57,417 bases of DNA, taken from assembly GCA_040220235.1 (NCBI GenBank), contig JAVJTO010000046.1, one strand, 5' to 3'. Source of the stretch: Coleofasciculus sp. B1-GNL1-01. GTDB lineage: Bacteria > Cyanobacteriota > Cyanobacteriia > Cyanobacteriales > Coleofasciculaceae. Shown in pieces: positions 9,138-19,928 of this stretch (position 1 is the stretch's first letter; each line of letters opens with the position of its first letter). Both the position numbers and the translations under genes were made by a program. Below the pieces are notes generated by a model that saw only the letters and a program-made list of their open reading frames with translations, had not been told where the DNA came from and did no database searches.

Positions 9138-10134
9138 TCAAGTCATATTATCGGGTGTTGAGTCAAATAACTTACCATCTTGTCGCCCTAGATACTCTTG
9201 AGCTACTTTCCGATTTGATTCTTCAAACTCTTTCATCAAATCAATTCGTTCCTGAGTTGTAAGTAATTCAGGGCTGATTAAGCTGTCAGGTAAATTGGAG
9301 ACCATACTGGAAATTGGATTGCCAGAGCTTAAAACTGTATGTTGATACAGCTTTTTTAACTTCCCTCGTGGTTGATGCAGCCTACCCTGATAAATTTCAT
9401 TTAAAAATCGCATAATTTTAATAAGCTTTATACTAGGTGTAATATTTTTATTTGGACTAGAAAAATTCAATTGAATCTCATTTAAATTAATCTCTACAGC
9501 CTTTAAAAAATCATTGCTCAATCCATCCTTTAAATTCGTTTTATCAAACACTCTAACTATTACATTTTCTTTGCCAAATAGCTTTTTCCAACGTTCCAGT
9601 AATTGATAATAGTCTCCAAAATTTCTGTTCTCTTCAATATATTTTATAGGACTATTCCAATAACGACACAATTTAATATATTCACAGTAAAATGACATAA
9701 AATAATCATCCTGTTTTCTTAGGTAAACTATCACTTTAGTTTCGTACCTTGACAGATGCTCTTTTAGTAGAGAAAGTCGATTATCATTAATCGTAGACAA
9801 ATCTTCTGCGCTAATTAAAACCTTGCTTAAATCAGACTTCTTTGTATTAATTTCTCTATGAAGATCCTCCCAATCACCAGCATTAGGATCGTAAGCCTTG
9901 CATTCTTTATCTAGTGCCCAAAATAAATTATGATGCCCTGACTGAAAACAGTTAAAGTTTGGATTTATAGTTATACCAGTTAAAGTTTGGATTTATAGTT
10001 ATACCAGAAGTAGGATAAAGTATGCCATGAGTTAATAGGTTTTCCTTATTTTTTAACAATAAATTTTGTAGGGAAGTCGTTCCAGTCTTCGGTGTACCAA
10101 TATGGAGATAAACTGTAGTCATACTTTTGGGCAT
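9138..10134 (-). pseudogene. P-loop sulfotransferase-like gene frameshifted by a 28-bp tandem duplication
   Basis: The N-terminal LHIGTPKTGTTSLQ ORF (9952-10134) and the C-terminal ORF (9138-9800; IVYLRKQDDY..S.Y) join into one 322-aa frame when one copy of 9949-9976/9977-10004 is removed. Confidence 0.85.
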
Positions 10135-10242
10135 TAAAGTTTATTTAAAAGGTAAATGAATAAATTTAGACGAGACTTTTACACATTGTTGCACTTGAGT
10201 AAGTTTTTTTTATTTTCTAACGAGTCTCCTCTAAATTGGCTA

Positions 10243-11250
10243 TCAATTCAAGCGATAACGAACCTTAGGAATCACCGAACGAATCCCAATACTTTTAACC
10301 TGCGCTCGCACCGCAAAAGGTAAACCACTCAAAGCTGGATGTCCCCTAACCAGCTTATACCACCATCCAACCCAACTTCTAGGCGGTTCTAACCAATCCT
10401 GTTGGGTCTCATTCAGTACATCTTTGTAACGACGAGCTACACAAGCATAGGGAGAAACTGATTGGTAAATCCGTTCCGAGTCTTTCGCCAACCAAGGCTT
10501 TACTCTCATTGCATGAATGACCGGAGGCATCCCGTGTATTAAACTCATGACTCGTTGAGCTACAGTATAACCTCGTAGGGTCAGGCATTGGGCAATATCT
10601 CGCCCGTATCTTAATAACTTAACCGGCATAGCCTGATAATGTTTAGCACCCAATAAAGCAATAAATAAACTGTCATCACCTTTAGCATGAATCGGTCGTT
10701 CATTCCCTGGACGAGTTTGCCAGTGCTGATAATTCGGGTCTCTGAGCATATCCCGCCAGTGTTCCAGAAAATTTCTGTGGGATTGCGTCACCCGCGAACA
10801 GCAACTTGATGGATCGCGTGGGAAGCTGCGCCCTGGTTCTAAACCCCATGGTATTGTGCGGTCATGAGTTTTAGAACCTCTCAGACCTGGAAGTTCAGAG
10901 GCGACCAGTACATCATCCGGTTGCTCAAGCAGCACTTTGGGCAAAGACCTAGACAGAATCATATCGCTGTCCATCCAAATTGCTCGACCATAGCCTTGGT
11001 CTAACGCCCAGAGTAATACATCCGGTTTCACATTATACCCCGTCGCCTCAGTTGGGACTTGCTTATGCAACGATACACGATGATCGCTAACCCAATTCTG
11101 CAAGTCAGCTGTAGCGTTAGGGGCAAAAACATGGATACTCGCTTCGGGAAAATTCGCTTCGAGACTTACGACAAGAAGCTTAACCCCAATCTCGTAGTTG
11201 GGTCTATTTTCATAGATCACTACCGCTGTATCACTATCCTGGTTTGACAT
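10243..11250 (-). CDS. Nucleotide-diphospho-sugar transferase (GT-A fold glycosyltransferase)
   Basis: VKPDVLLWAL...AIWMDSDMIL DxD motif. Confidence 0.75.
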   Translation of the reverse strand: MSNQDSDTAVVIYENRPNYEIGVKLLVVSLEANFPEASIHVFAPNATADLQNWVSDHRVSLHKQVPTEATGYNVKPDVLLWALDQGYGRAIWMDSDMILSRSLPKVLLEQPDDVLVASELPGLRGSKTHDRTIPWGLEPGRSFPRDPSSCCSRVTQSHRNFLEHWRDMLRDPNYQHWQTRPGNERPIHAKGDDSLFIALLGAKHYQAMPVKLLRYGRDIAQCLTLRGYTVAQRVMSLIHGMPPVIHAMRVKPWLAKDSERIYQSVSPYACVARRYKDVLNETQQDWLEPPRSWVGWWYKLVRGHPALSGLPFAVRAQVKSIGIRSVIPKVRYRLN

Positions 11251-11514
11251 GAGACTTGTCTTTTAAAGAAATTGGTGAGAAAAACCGCAGTTATAAAATT
11301 TAGCTTATGGTACTCCATTACAGGATGATAAACAAGTCCTAATTCTAAGCGATCGCGTCAATTCGTTACCCAAGACTCAACCCCCGATAAGGCGGTAGAA
11401 GACCAAAACGCCCCTAATCTAGACTATTGGTAGGATACTCGTCCTGCCATTCCCAACTAGCAAGGGCGTTGGGTTACGCGCCCTGTTCAACGCATTAAAG
11501 CCAAGGATCAAGTC

Positions 11515-11576
11515 GGGGCGGGTTTAGTCACATCTGGGTAAGGTCAGAAACTCTAGTAGTAAAACCCGCCCCTACA
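11515..11576. repeat. REPIN-like inverted repeat GGGGCGGGTTT-N~37-AAACCCGCCCCTACA
   Basis: One of seven copies in the window. Confidence 0.85.
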
Positions 11577-11603
11577 CACTCAAAACGCCCCACCTGTGAA
11601 GAT

Positions 11604-12716
11604 TTACCACATCATTACGGCTGTTTCTCCAGCGCGATCGCTATAGTAGAGACGGATACGTAATACATATCGACGCCCCCGAAATAACCTGACCTTAATC
11701 TCGGCATTATAGTCTTCGCCACTATCGTCATCCCCGGTAAGATAGCGAAGTTCACCATTGACCTCTTCAAATAGAATCATAACGGTATCCGATATACCAA
11801 AGGTGCGAATCGTATAGGATCGTGTCGCATCAGGTTCAATACGGAAGTTCATCTGTTCCCCAGGTGTGAGGGTTAAGGGAACTGATTGAAAGGGTTTTAG
11901 TTCGGTGTAATCTTTCTCGTCTAAGAGTGGATAAAACTGCTTGATCCACGTTTTATCCCGTTCTGATAACCCAGGTGCTGGAGTTAAACCATTCCGATAT
12001 TTTGGTGGTTCTTTAATTAAACCCGCACCAAAGGGATAGTGCATAATTGAGTCGGGGTCCCAGTTTGACCCTTGCACCGTATCCGGGTTAATTTTACGAA
12101 TGATATTGTAATAGGTGGTGTCCCGATCCCAATTATTCGGAGGTTCTGCGAGTGCAGCGTAAACGGCTTCTTCATCCCACACAATTCCAGCATTAGGGTT
12201 TTGGTGTTCGTGGGGAAATCCTAGAGTATGACCAATCTCATGTATGGCGGTGTCAATTTCTCCAGGATAGCGGGTTAAATCCCAACCAAAATTCATTGTC
12301 CGCTCATCTCGTCCAATATTGAGAACATCTCTGCCAACATAAGACCAAGCGCCATCTCCACGCTGGAAGCCAATCCGGATTTCGGCTTCGTCTGGTGAGT
12401 TCACTTCCTTGAATTCCAGTCCAATACCCACCTGCTTCCAGACATCAAAGGCTTTACGGACAACATTTTTTTCGGTCTCAGTCGTTGTCCAATAGGTTGG
12501 CTGATCGAAGAAATAATAATGTAAGATTGTGCCGTTCACCCATTTCTTATCCAGAAATTGGATCAGATTGGCACGATTGCGATCTACAATCCTTGACAAG
12601 TCACGCGGGGCAACTTCAGGGAGTGAGCAATAAGAATAGTTCCCTCCTTGATCAGCCAATATGGATGCCGCTGATTGCTCTTGTTCATTGAATGGGTTGG
12701 TATTTGATTGAACCAT
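11604..12716 (-). CDS. Metzincin (M12/astacin-like) zinc metallopeptidase with a C-terminal PPC-like domain
   Basis: HEIGHTLGFPHEH zinc motif, SIMHY Met-turn and C-terminal DT...LF...DDDSG domain. Confidence 0.88.
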   Translation of the reverse strand: MVQSNTNPFNEQEQSAASILADQGGNYSYCSLPEVAPRDLSRIVDRNRANLIQFLDKKWVNGTILHYYFFDQPTYWTTTETEKNVVRKAFDVWKQVGIGLEFKEVNSPDEAEIRIGFQRGDGAWSYVGRDVLNIGRDERTMNFGWDLTRYPGEIDTAIHEIGHTLGFPHEHQNPNAGIVWDEEAVYAALAEPPNNWDRDTTYYNIIRKINPDTVQGSNWDPDSIMHYPFGAGLIKEPPKYRNGLTPAPGLSERDKTWIKQFYPLLDEKDYTELKPFQSVPLTLTPGEQMNFRIEPDATRSYTIRTFGISDTVMILFEEVNGELRYLTGDDDSGEDYNAEIKVRLFRGRRYVLRIRLYYSDRAGETAVMMW

Positions 12717-12922
12717 CAGAGTTCTCCTAATTTAGTAATTTGTCAAAACACTGATTTCACGGATTTCTTGGGGAGATAGAGGTGGGGAGGTGAGAGCTTA
12801 TTGACACTGATTACACAGAGAATTTAGTTCTCTCATCAAAACAAAATAGGATGATTGGGATTTTAAGCGTCATTGGTCTTATGTCATTTGCTTCCCCATC
12901 TCCCCTATCTCCCCTATCTCCC

Positions 12923-13924
12923 TCATCTCCCCCCGCTCTTCTCTAATAAAGAACGAGTCTCTTGGGTGTCCATGCGGGGACCGAAACTCGTCACCAATTT
13001 TGCTGCCGCTTTAGATCCTAACTCTCCGGCTTGAGCATAACTCATACCATGAGTCAGTCCGTAAAGAACTGCCCCTGCATACATATCTCCGGCGCCAACA
13101 GTGTCAACTGCTTTAACAGGTAATGCATCAATCTCAATTATCTCTTGTCCATCAAAGATTACCGATCCTTTCGGTCCACGGGTAATCGCAAACCCCTTAG
13201 CTAACCCTTTCAAGTAATCAACAGCAACCGTGAGATCCTCAGTGTCCGCCATTTTTAGGGCTTCACTTTCATTGGCAAAGAGGAAATCCACCCCTGAACC
13301 GATGATTTCGAGCAATCCATCTTTAAAGAACTTCACCATATTGAGATCAGACAGAGATAGGGCGATTTTTTGACCTGCGGCTTTGGCAAGATCTCTGGCT
13401 TGAATCGCCGCCGCTTTGCTAGCAGCACCCGTGACCAAATACCCTTCAATATAGGTATATTTGGACTGTGCGATCGCGTCGGGGACTAATTCTGCTTCTG
13501 AGAAGCTCGCCGAAATTCCCAGGAACGTATTCATGGTGCGATCGGCATCCGGCGTGACAAACACTAAGCATTTACCCGTAATTCCAGCTTCGGGGGCATG
13601 GTATTGCAGGTTTGTGTCAACATTAAAGCGGAGCAAATCCCCCAGGTAAACCTGTCCATCTTCATCATTAGCGACTTTACACGAATAGAAGGCTTTACCC
13701 CCAAACTGGCTCAGGGCAATCATTGTATTGGCAGCCGATCCCCCACCGCCGCGCTTCATTGATTGACCCTCTAAGCGTTTCAGAATCTGGTATTGATGAT
13801 CTTCTTCAATTAAAGTCATCACCCCTTTATCAATGCCCAGTTCCTGGAGTAACTCTGGGGAAACTTCCAATTCAATGTCCAGTAGGGCATTACCGAGACC
13901 ATATACATCGTATTGTTGAGTCAT
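12923..13924 (-). CDS. PfkB-family carbohydrate/adenosine kinase
   Basis: GLGNALLD, GGSAANT, FANESEA and DTVGAGD motifs. Confidence 0.92.
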   Translation of the reverse strand: MTQQYDVYGLGNALLDIELEVSPELLQELGIDKGVMTLIEEDHQYQILKRLEGQSMKRGGGGSAANTMIALSQFGGKAFYSCKVANDEDGQVYLGDLLRFNVDTNLQYHAPEAGITGKCLVFVTPDADRTMNTFLGISASFSEAELVPDAIAQSKYTYIEGYLVTGAASKAAAIQARDLAKAAGQKIALSLSDLNMVKFFKDGLLEIIGSGVDFLFANESEALKMADTEDLTVAVDYLKGLAKGFAITRGPKGSVIFDGQEIIEIDALPVKAVDTVGAGDMYAGAVLYGLTHGMSYAQAGELGSKAAAKLVTSFGPRMDTQETRSLLEKSGGR

Positions 13925-14593
13925 GTTAATTCGTGGCTAGATCCCTCGTCCATACTGGGTATGGGTTTCCCAGGAAAGCCAAGCTCCTAATTATCGTCCT
14001 GTTCAATCCAACTGCTATCCTATAGTGCCATCCGTTACTACTCAAGTGTGAGTCATGAACTGGATTTGATATAGCAGCTCTCTTGACAGGTGAGGACATT
14101 CTTTACTCATCTCTCGCTCTACGCAAGCCTTACAAGTGAAGGCACTCTTGATTATGACACGTAATGTTCAATGATAGTCTTCTTCCAACAGAGGGGTTTA
14201 GCTTTGTTTACCTTACACAGCCAATCCGCTTATTTATTTGAGATTAAATCTATTAAAATAAGGGGGTTTGGGCTTCCATTTCAGTAAGCCTCCATTATTT
14301 ATTTGCCAAGAACTCAAGTTCTTGGCTAAAAGCTCAAGTCGGTTAAAACCGACTCAATTTCGTTTCCAGTCGTTAAACACCAAAGTCCAATTACTTCTCT
14401 AGCTGCTTGACCTTAAAATTCAGCAAGGTGACAAAGCCCTCAACTTGACAGTTTAATTCTTCCAATCGCCACTATTTGGGGTTACGTCGGCATGTAGAAA
14501 AACGGTTACAAGATTTTGCCTAAAGTTCTTGCCGACTATTCTAGATCATCGGTTGGTGTAACGAGAACTAGCGGTTACAAAAAGCCAAAACTC

Positions 14594-14664
14594 TGTAGGG
14601 GCGGGTTTAGGGAATCAATTCAGCTAGTCACCGATTAATGAACAACAAAACCCGCCCTCCCTAC
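14594..14664. repeat. REPIN-like inverted repeat
   Basis: TGTAGGGGCGGGTTT...AAACCCGCCC. Confidence 0.8.
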
Positions 14665-14996
14665 CGATAACTGAACAATAAAATCCGCCCTTATTCAATT
14701 TAACCGCATGGTGGAGGCAGAATATTAATGGGCGACTGATTAAAGGGTTGAGAAACGAAACTCAATGCCATCGTTAGCCGATTGGGTAACGCTTACGCTC
14801 TACCACGCTAGAGCCGTTTGTTCTCCCGAATGAGCTGAATCTTCCTTCAAAAGGAGGATTCTTTAGCCTAACTCTCTAGTATATAACCCTAATAGGGTAA
14901 TCCGATGGTGCGATCGCGCTGACCTCTAACCCCCCTTGGCACAATCCCCAAATTCGTTACCCACTCTAAGTTAGGTTAATCACAATCAAACCAATC

Positions 14997-17693
14997 ATGG
15001 CGGATCTTCCCAACCAACCGTGGACAATTTCATCAGCAGATTTATTTAAGAAACTGGATGTCTCCGAGGATGACGGACTCTCTGATGCCGAGGTACAGCA
15101 GCGACGGGAACAGTATGGCGCCAACCGTCTGCAAGAAGCCCAGCGTCGAGGACCCTTACAAATCCTGATCGAACAGTTCAAAAGTCTGGTGATTGGGATT
15201 CTCGCCATTGCCGCCATTCTATCCTTTGCCTTTGCTCAATGGATTGAGGGAGTTGCCATTGTTTTTGCCATCTTAGTTAATGCCGCTATTGGCTTTTTCA
15301 TGGAATATCAAGCTGTGCGTTCCATGGAAGCCTTGCAAAACCTGAGTAGTTCTAAAGCCAAAGTGCGTCGCCAAGGACAGATGCAAGAGATTGACGCGGA
15401 AAACTTGGTACCTGGAGACATGGTACTCCTAGAAAGCGGCGATCTGGTTCCGGCGGATCTGCGCCTAACGGACTCCTCGAAAATGCAGGTGAATGAGTCG
15501 TCCCTGACGGGGGAATCGGTTCCAGTTACCAAAACCACAGAACCCATCGAAGGGGAAGTGGAACTTGCCGATCGCACGAATATGCTATTTAAAGGTACCG
15601 CCCTAACTCGCGGTTCCGGGGAAGGGGTGGTTGTAGCCACAGGAATGCAGACCGAATTAGGTCACATTTCTGAGTTAGCCCAAGAAGCGGGAACCGAGGA
15701 ACGTACTCCCCTAGAAAAACGGCTGAATCAACTGGGACGCCGTTTGATTTGGGTCACCCTGATTATTGTCGTCCTGATTGCCATTTCTGGCATTATCGTG
15801 GGCAAGGATATTCGCCTGATGGTAGAAACAGCCGTCGCCCTGGCTGTCGCCGCGATTCCCGAAGGACTACCGATTGTGGCAACGATTGCCCTAGCGCGGG
15901 GGATGTGGCGCATGGCAAAACGTAATGCCCTAATTAATAAACTGGCGGCGGTGGAAACCCTAGGGGCGACAAGCGTTATTTGTACCGATAAAACCGGAAC
16001 CTTAACCGAAAACCGGATGACGGTGAGTCATGTTGTCCTCGACTCCGGTGATATTGAAATTAGTGGGGAGGGATTAGAACCCGAAGGAGAGTTCACCCAA
16101 GACGATGAAACCCTGAAGCCCTTAGAGCATGATAGTCTCCGTCCTGCCTTAGAAGTTGGCGTCTTATGTAATAATGCAGCATTACAACCGGAGGACTCCA
16201 ATGAAAGCCGAGTTGTCGGTGATCCGATGGAAGTGGCGCTGCTGATTGCTGGGGCAAAAGCCGGACTTGAGCGCGAAAAATTATTAGAAGAGATGCCCGA
16301 AGTGCGGGAAGAGGCATTCGATCCCGACACTAAAATGATGGCGACGCTGCACAAAAGTAATGGTGATTATCGCTTTGCCGTCAAAGGCGCACCGGAATCG
16401 GTCTTAGAGGTGTGTACTCAGATTTTAACGCCAGACGGTGAACAAGAACTTCGCGATCGCGACTCCTGGAAGCAACGCAGTAATGATCTAGCCGCGCAAG
16501 GGTTACGGATTCTGGCATTGGCACAAAAAAGGGTGAATAGTGAAGAGGCTAAACCCTACGAAAATCTAACCTTTTTAGGTGTGGTGGGCTTACTTGATCC
16601 GCCTCGCCAAGAGGTACGGGCGGCAATTGATGAATGTCAAGACGCGGGAATTCGAGTCATTATGGTAACCGGTGATCAACCCGTCACCGCCCGGAATATT
16701 GGCATCGCTGTAGGCTTAACTGATGATGAACAAGCGGATGTGGTGCAGGGGAAAGACCTAAAAAGCCCCGATGAATCGTCTTCTGAGGAACGTCAGCGTT
16801 TAGTCAAAACCCCGATTTTTGCCCGGGTATCTCCCGAACAAAAGTTAAACCTGATTGCCTTGCATCAAGACACTGGGGCAATTGTGGCAATGACGGGGGA
16901 TGGGGTCAACGACGCCCCCGCCCTGCAAAAAGCCGATATCGGTGTGGCTATGGGACAACGAGGCACCCAGGTGGCAAAAGAAGCAGCAGATATGGTGCTG
17001 CAAGATGACGCCTTTTCCACGATTGTCGCGGCGGTGGAACAGGGTCGAGCGATTTTTAACAATATTCGCAAATTCACGATTTATCTACTATCCGGGAATG
17101 TCGGTCAAATTATGGCAGTTACCGCCACCTCGTTAGTCAATGCGCCCTTACCCATCTTGCCCCTACAAATCTTATATCTGAATATCATTAATGATGTCTT
17201 CCCCGCCCTGGCGCTGGGTGTGGGTGAAGGATCTCCCACCCTGATGGAACAACCCCCCCGTGATCCCAAGGAGTCGATTATCAGCAAGCGTCACTGGTTG
17301 GCGATCGCGGGATATGGTTTAATCATTGCAGCGCCTGTGCTGGGTTCCTTTTACCTGGCATTCAACTGGCTAGGACTGGAAAAAAATCAGGCTGTTACCA
17401 TTTCCTTTCTCACCATCGCCTTTTCCCGACTCTGGCACGTCTTCAATATGCGCGATCGCGGATCAGGGGTGCTAGTTAACGAAGTCACCCGCAATAAGTA
17501 CGTCTGGGGCGCCCTCATCCTTTGTACTGGATTACTCGCCATTGCCATTTATCTGCCCATCCTCTCTGATATCCTGCAAACTCATGCCCCTAGCCTTCAG
17601 GGTTGGTTACTCATCCTGGGAATGAGTTTAGTTCCCTTAGTCCTTGGGCAAATTGCCAAATTAATCGCGGATCGAACGACAAATGACAAATGA
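14997..17693 (+). CDS. Cation-transporting P-type ATPase (type II, Ca2+/Na+/K+-like)
   Basis: LTGES, IPEGL, DKTGTLT, KGAPE, MVTGD and GDGVNDAPAL motifs. Confidence 0.95.
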   Translation: MADLPNQPWTISSADLFKKLDVSEDDGLSDAEVQQRREQYGANRLQEAQRRGPLQILIEQFKSLVIGILAIAAILSFAFAQWIEGVAIVFAILVNAAIGFFMEYQAVRSMEALQNLSSSKAKVRRQGQMQEIDAENLVPGDMVLLESGDLVPADLRLTDSSKMQVNESSLTGESVPVTKTTEPIEGEVELADRTNMLFKGTALTRGSGEGVVVATGMQTELGHISELAQEAGTEERTPLEKRLNQLGRRLIWVTLIIVVLIAISGIIVGKDIRLMVETAVALAVAAIPEGLPIVATIALARGMWRMAKRNALINKLAAVETLGATSVICTDKTGTLTENRMTVSHVVLDSGDIEISGEGLEPEGEFTQDDETLKPLEHDSLRPALEVGVLCNNAALQPEDSNESRVVGDPMEVALLIAGAKAGLEREKLLEEMPEVREEAFDPDTKMMATLHKSNGDYRFAVKGAPESVLEVCTQILTPDGEQELRDRDSWKQRSNDLAAQGLRILALAQKRVNSEEAKPYENLTFLGVVGLLDPPRQEVRAAIDECQDAGIRVIMVTGDQPVTARNIGIAVGLTDDEQADVVQGKDLKSPDESSSEERQRLVKTPIFARVSPEQKLNLIALHQDTGAIVAMTGDGVNDAPALQKADIGVAMGQRGTQVAKEAADMVLQDDAFSTIVAAVEQGRAIFNNIRKFTIYLLSGNVGQIMAVTATSLVNAPLPILPLQILYLNIINDVFPALALGVGEGSPTLMEQPPRDPKESIISKRHWLAIAGYGLIIAAPVLGSFYLAFNWLGLEKNQAVTISFLTIAFSRLWHVFNMRDRGSGVLVNEVTRNKYVWGALILCTGLLAIAIYLPILSDILQTHAPSLQGWLLILGMSLVPLVLGQIAKLIADRTTNDK

Positions 17694-17942
17694 CGAATGA
17701 CGAATGACGTAGCTTGCTTCTCGCGCCGCGAGTATGACGAATAAAATATGCCTCTTGAGGTAGATGCCAGCCCTAACGCTGCTATCCTAGGTTAAAGTGT
17801 TAACCCAGAACCTGAAAAATCCTCAAAATAATCTGAAATTCATACAAATCGTTTTTCTGTCTTTACTGGATCATTCACATAAAACTGGGAAATCAGGACA
17901 TTCAAAGTCCTTAACCATGACCTGAAACACAAGGAGAAAACT

Positions 17943-18395
17943 ATGGCTGACAATACAGCTTTCTTAGAAAAAGTCAAAAAGCAGGGTTCCTTAGAAGACA
18001 TTTACGACGCCCGTGATATCACTGAAGTAGTGTTCCGCACCATGCGCGACTTAATGAACACAGACGCTTCAGATCGGGTCGAATCAGAATTGCGTCAAAA
18101 CGATGGATCTGTACCGACTCCAGCCGAAGAACAGCAAAAAGAAATTGCCGATCTGTGGAAAGATACTAATCCAATTGTCAGCTTCCTGAGTCGGATTCGT
18201 CCCCCTCTCGAATTTGATGCGGATACCTTCTTGTTTAGAATCCGTCAAGAAGCCAGCTTACCCAAAGGAGTCAGCCCAGAAACGGTGGTTAAAGCCATCT
18301 TTTCTGCCACAAAAGACGAGTTATCTGAGGAACGAGTCAAAGAAATTGCTGAGTTTTTACCGTCTAAAATTCAACAAATGTGGCAGCAAGCGTAG
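17943..18395 (+). CDS. DUF2267-family protein
   Basis: FLEKVK...ARDITEVVFRTMRD...VKAIFSATKDEL...IAEFLP..IQQMW pattern; AGGAG RBS. Confidence 0.8.
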   Translation: MADNTAFLEKVKKQGSLEDIYDARDITEVVFRTMRDLMNTDASDRVESELRQNDGSVPTPAEEQQKEIADLWKDTNPIVSFLSRIRPPLEFDADTFLFRIRQEASLPKGVSPETVVKAIFSATKDELSEERVKEIAEFLPSKIQQMWQQA

Positions 18396-18435
18396 TTAGT
18401 CATTCGTCTTATGTCATTTGTCCTTTGTTTGAATC

Positions 18436-18498
18436 TGTAGGGGCGGGTTTTACCGATAACGCTGCGGTTAAAACCACTAACTGACCTAAACCCGCCCC
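18436..18498. repeat. REPIN-like inverted repeat between convergent genes
   Basis: TGTAGGGGCGGGTTT...AAACCCGCCCC. Confidence 0.85.
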
Positions 18499-18589
18499 GA
18501 CCAAGTCCGAATAATTTTGAATACTTAATACCTAATCTTATGGGGTAAGGTTTCTGAGGTCTGCGATCGCACGCTTTGAAATGCCGCAA

Positions 18590-19798
18590 TTATCGTCGCA
18601 CATCGGTGACACGCCAACTCAGCTTGAGATTAAGCCAAAAATTCCATGCCGTAACCGCCGCGATCGCCATTAACTTAGCCACATATTCATTGATGCCAAA
18701 GACATTAAACAATAAATTCACCAGCAAAACATTGAGAATGAGTCCAACTAAACAGATCACATTGAACTTCAAAAATCGTTTTAACCGCTTACGCCATCCC
18801 CGTTGATGTTGAGAAATATCGCTAAACGTCCATAAATCATTCCACAAGAAATTGTTGACAATCGCGACTTCGGTTGACAGAATCGCACTGCGGGTTAGTC
18901 CCAACTCTACATGCTCTCGCAGCAGATAAAAAATCGTCATATCCACAAACACGCCACTGAAGCCGACTACACCGAAGCGAATGAATCGACCAATGTGTCC
19001 TAGGGATAAACGCAAGCGCAGTAAGTGTTGCAAATACTCGACATACTGTTTCCATGTCACCTTACTTTCACCCGCTTGACGCTCTTGAAACACATAACCG
19101 ACTTCTCCAATCCAAGAGACTTTCCCCCGACCCAAGACTTCAATTAAAATTTTGTACCCCAGAGGATTCAGAGGGCGACCAATTAAACATTGGCGGCGCA
19201 CCATAAAATAACCACTCATGGGGTCAGAAACACGCCCAATGACCCCCGGTAAAAGAATTAAGCCAATCGTCTGAGCGCCACGGGATAAAAGTCGGCGGAT
19301 AAAACTCCAATCACTCACACCACCGCCTTCAACATGGCGGCTAGCAACGGCTAAATCAGCACCGCGTTGGATCTCACTCCATAGCTGCCATAACAGTTTT
19401 GGGGGATGCTGGAGATCGGCATCAATCACACCCAAAACCTCTCCCCGCGCCACTTGCCACCCTCGGATCACGGCGGTAGACAGTCCCCGTTCCTCAATCC
19501 GCCGCATCACTCGTAGCTGCGGATAATCCGCCGTGAGTTCCTGTGCCACTTTCCAGGTGTCGTCCGGACTATTGTCATCCACGATAATCAGTTCATACTC
19601 CCCCGCCAATTGTGAATCGAGTAATCGGCTCAATTGTTCGACAATCTGGGGAATATTCTTGGCTTCTTTAAACGTGGGGATAATCAGAGAAAATCGCAGG
19701 GGAGGTGCTTCGGTTGTCCCTAAGACAGTGGTTATATCCGGAACCACAAAGGAACCGGACGGAACAGGGATCAGGGAATTCGGGGGATTGACATTCAT
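18590..19798 (-). CDS. GT2 polyprenol-phosphate mannosyltransferase-like (DPM1) protein fused to a GtrA domain
   Basis: IIVDDNSPDDT, VIDADLQHPP and SDPMSGYF motifs; C-terminal FIRFGVVG...NNFLWNDLWTF GtrA helices. Confidence 0.92.
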   Translation of the reverse strand: MNVNPPNSLIPVPSGSFVVPDITTVLGTTEAPPLRFSLIIPTFKEAKNIPQIVEQLSRLLDSQLAGEYELIIVDDNSPDDTWKVAQELTADYPQLRVMRRIEERGLSTAVIRGWQVARGEVLGVIDADLQHPPKLLWQLWSEIQRGADLAVASRHVEGGGVSDWSFIRRLLSRGAQTIGLILLPGVIGRVSDPMSGYFMVRRQCLIGRPLNPLGYKILIEVLGRGKVSWIGEVGYVFQERQAGESKVTWKQYVEYLQHLLRLRLSLGHIGRFIRFGVVGFSGVFVDMTIFYLLREHVELGLTRSAILSTEVAIVNNFLWNDLWTFSDISQHQRGWRKRLKRFLKFNVICLVGLILNVLLVNLLFNVFGINEYVAKLMAIAAVTAWNFWLNLKLSWRVTDVRR

Positions 19799-19928
19799 TA
19801 GCTGTTTTTTAGGTTTGATTTAAGCAGCTTGATTGCATTTGGTGAAGCGAGTATGAGGTAGCTTGCTTCTTTTCAGGAGCGAGTATAACAAATGACATAA
19901 GACATAAGACATAAGACGATCAAAGCCG

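Noticed and set aside
13925..14996. 1-kb intergenic region as a possible ncRNA or riboswitch locus
   Set aside because: Only a REPIN, a MITE half-end and a short palindrome (AGTCGGTTAAAACCGACT) were recognisable; no known RNA motif.
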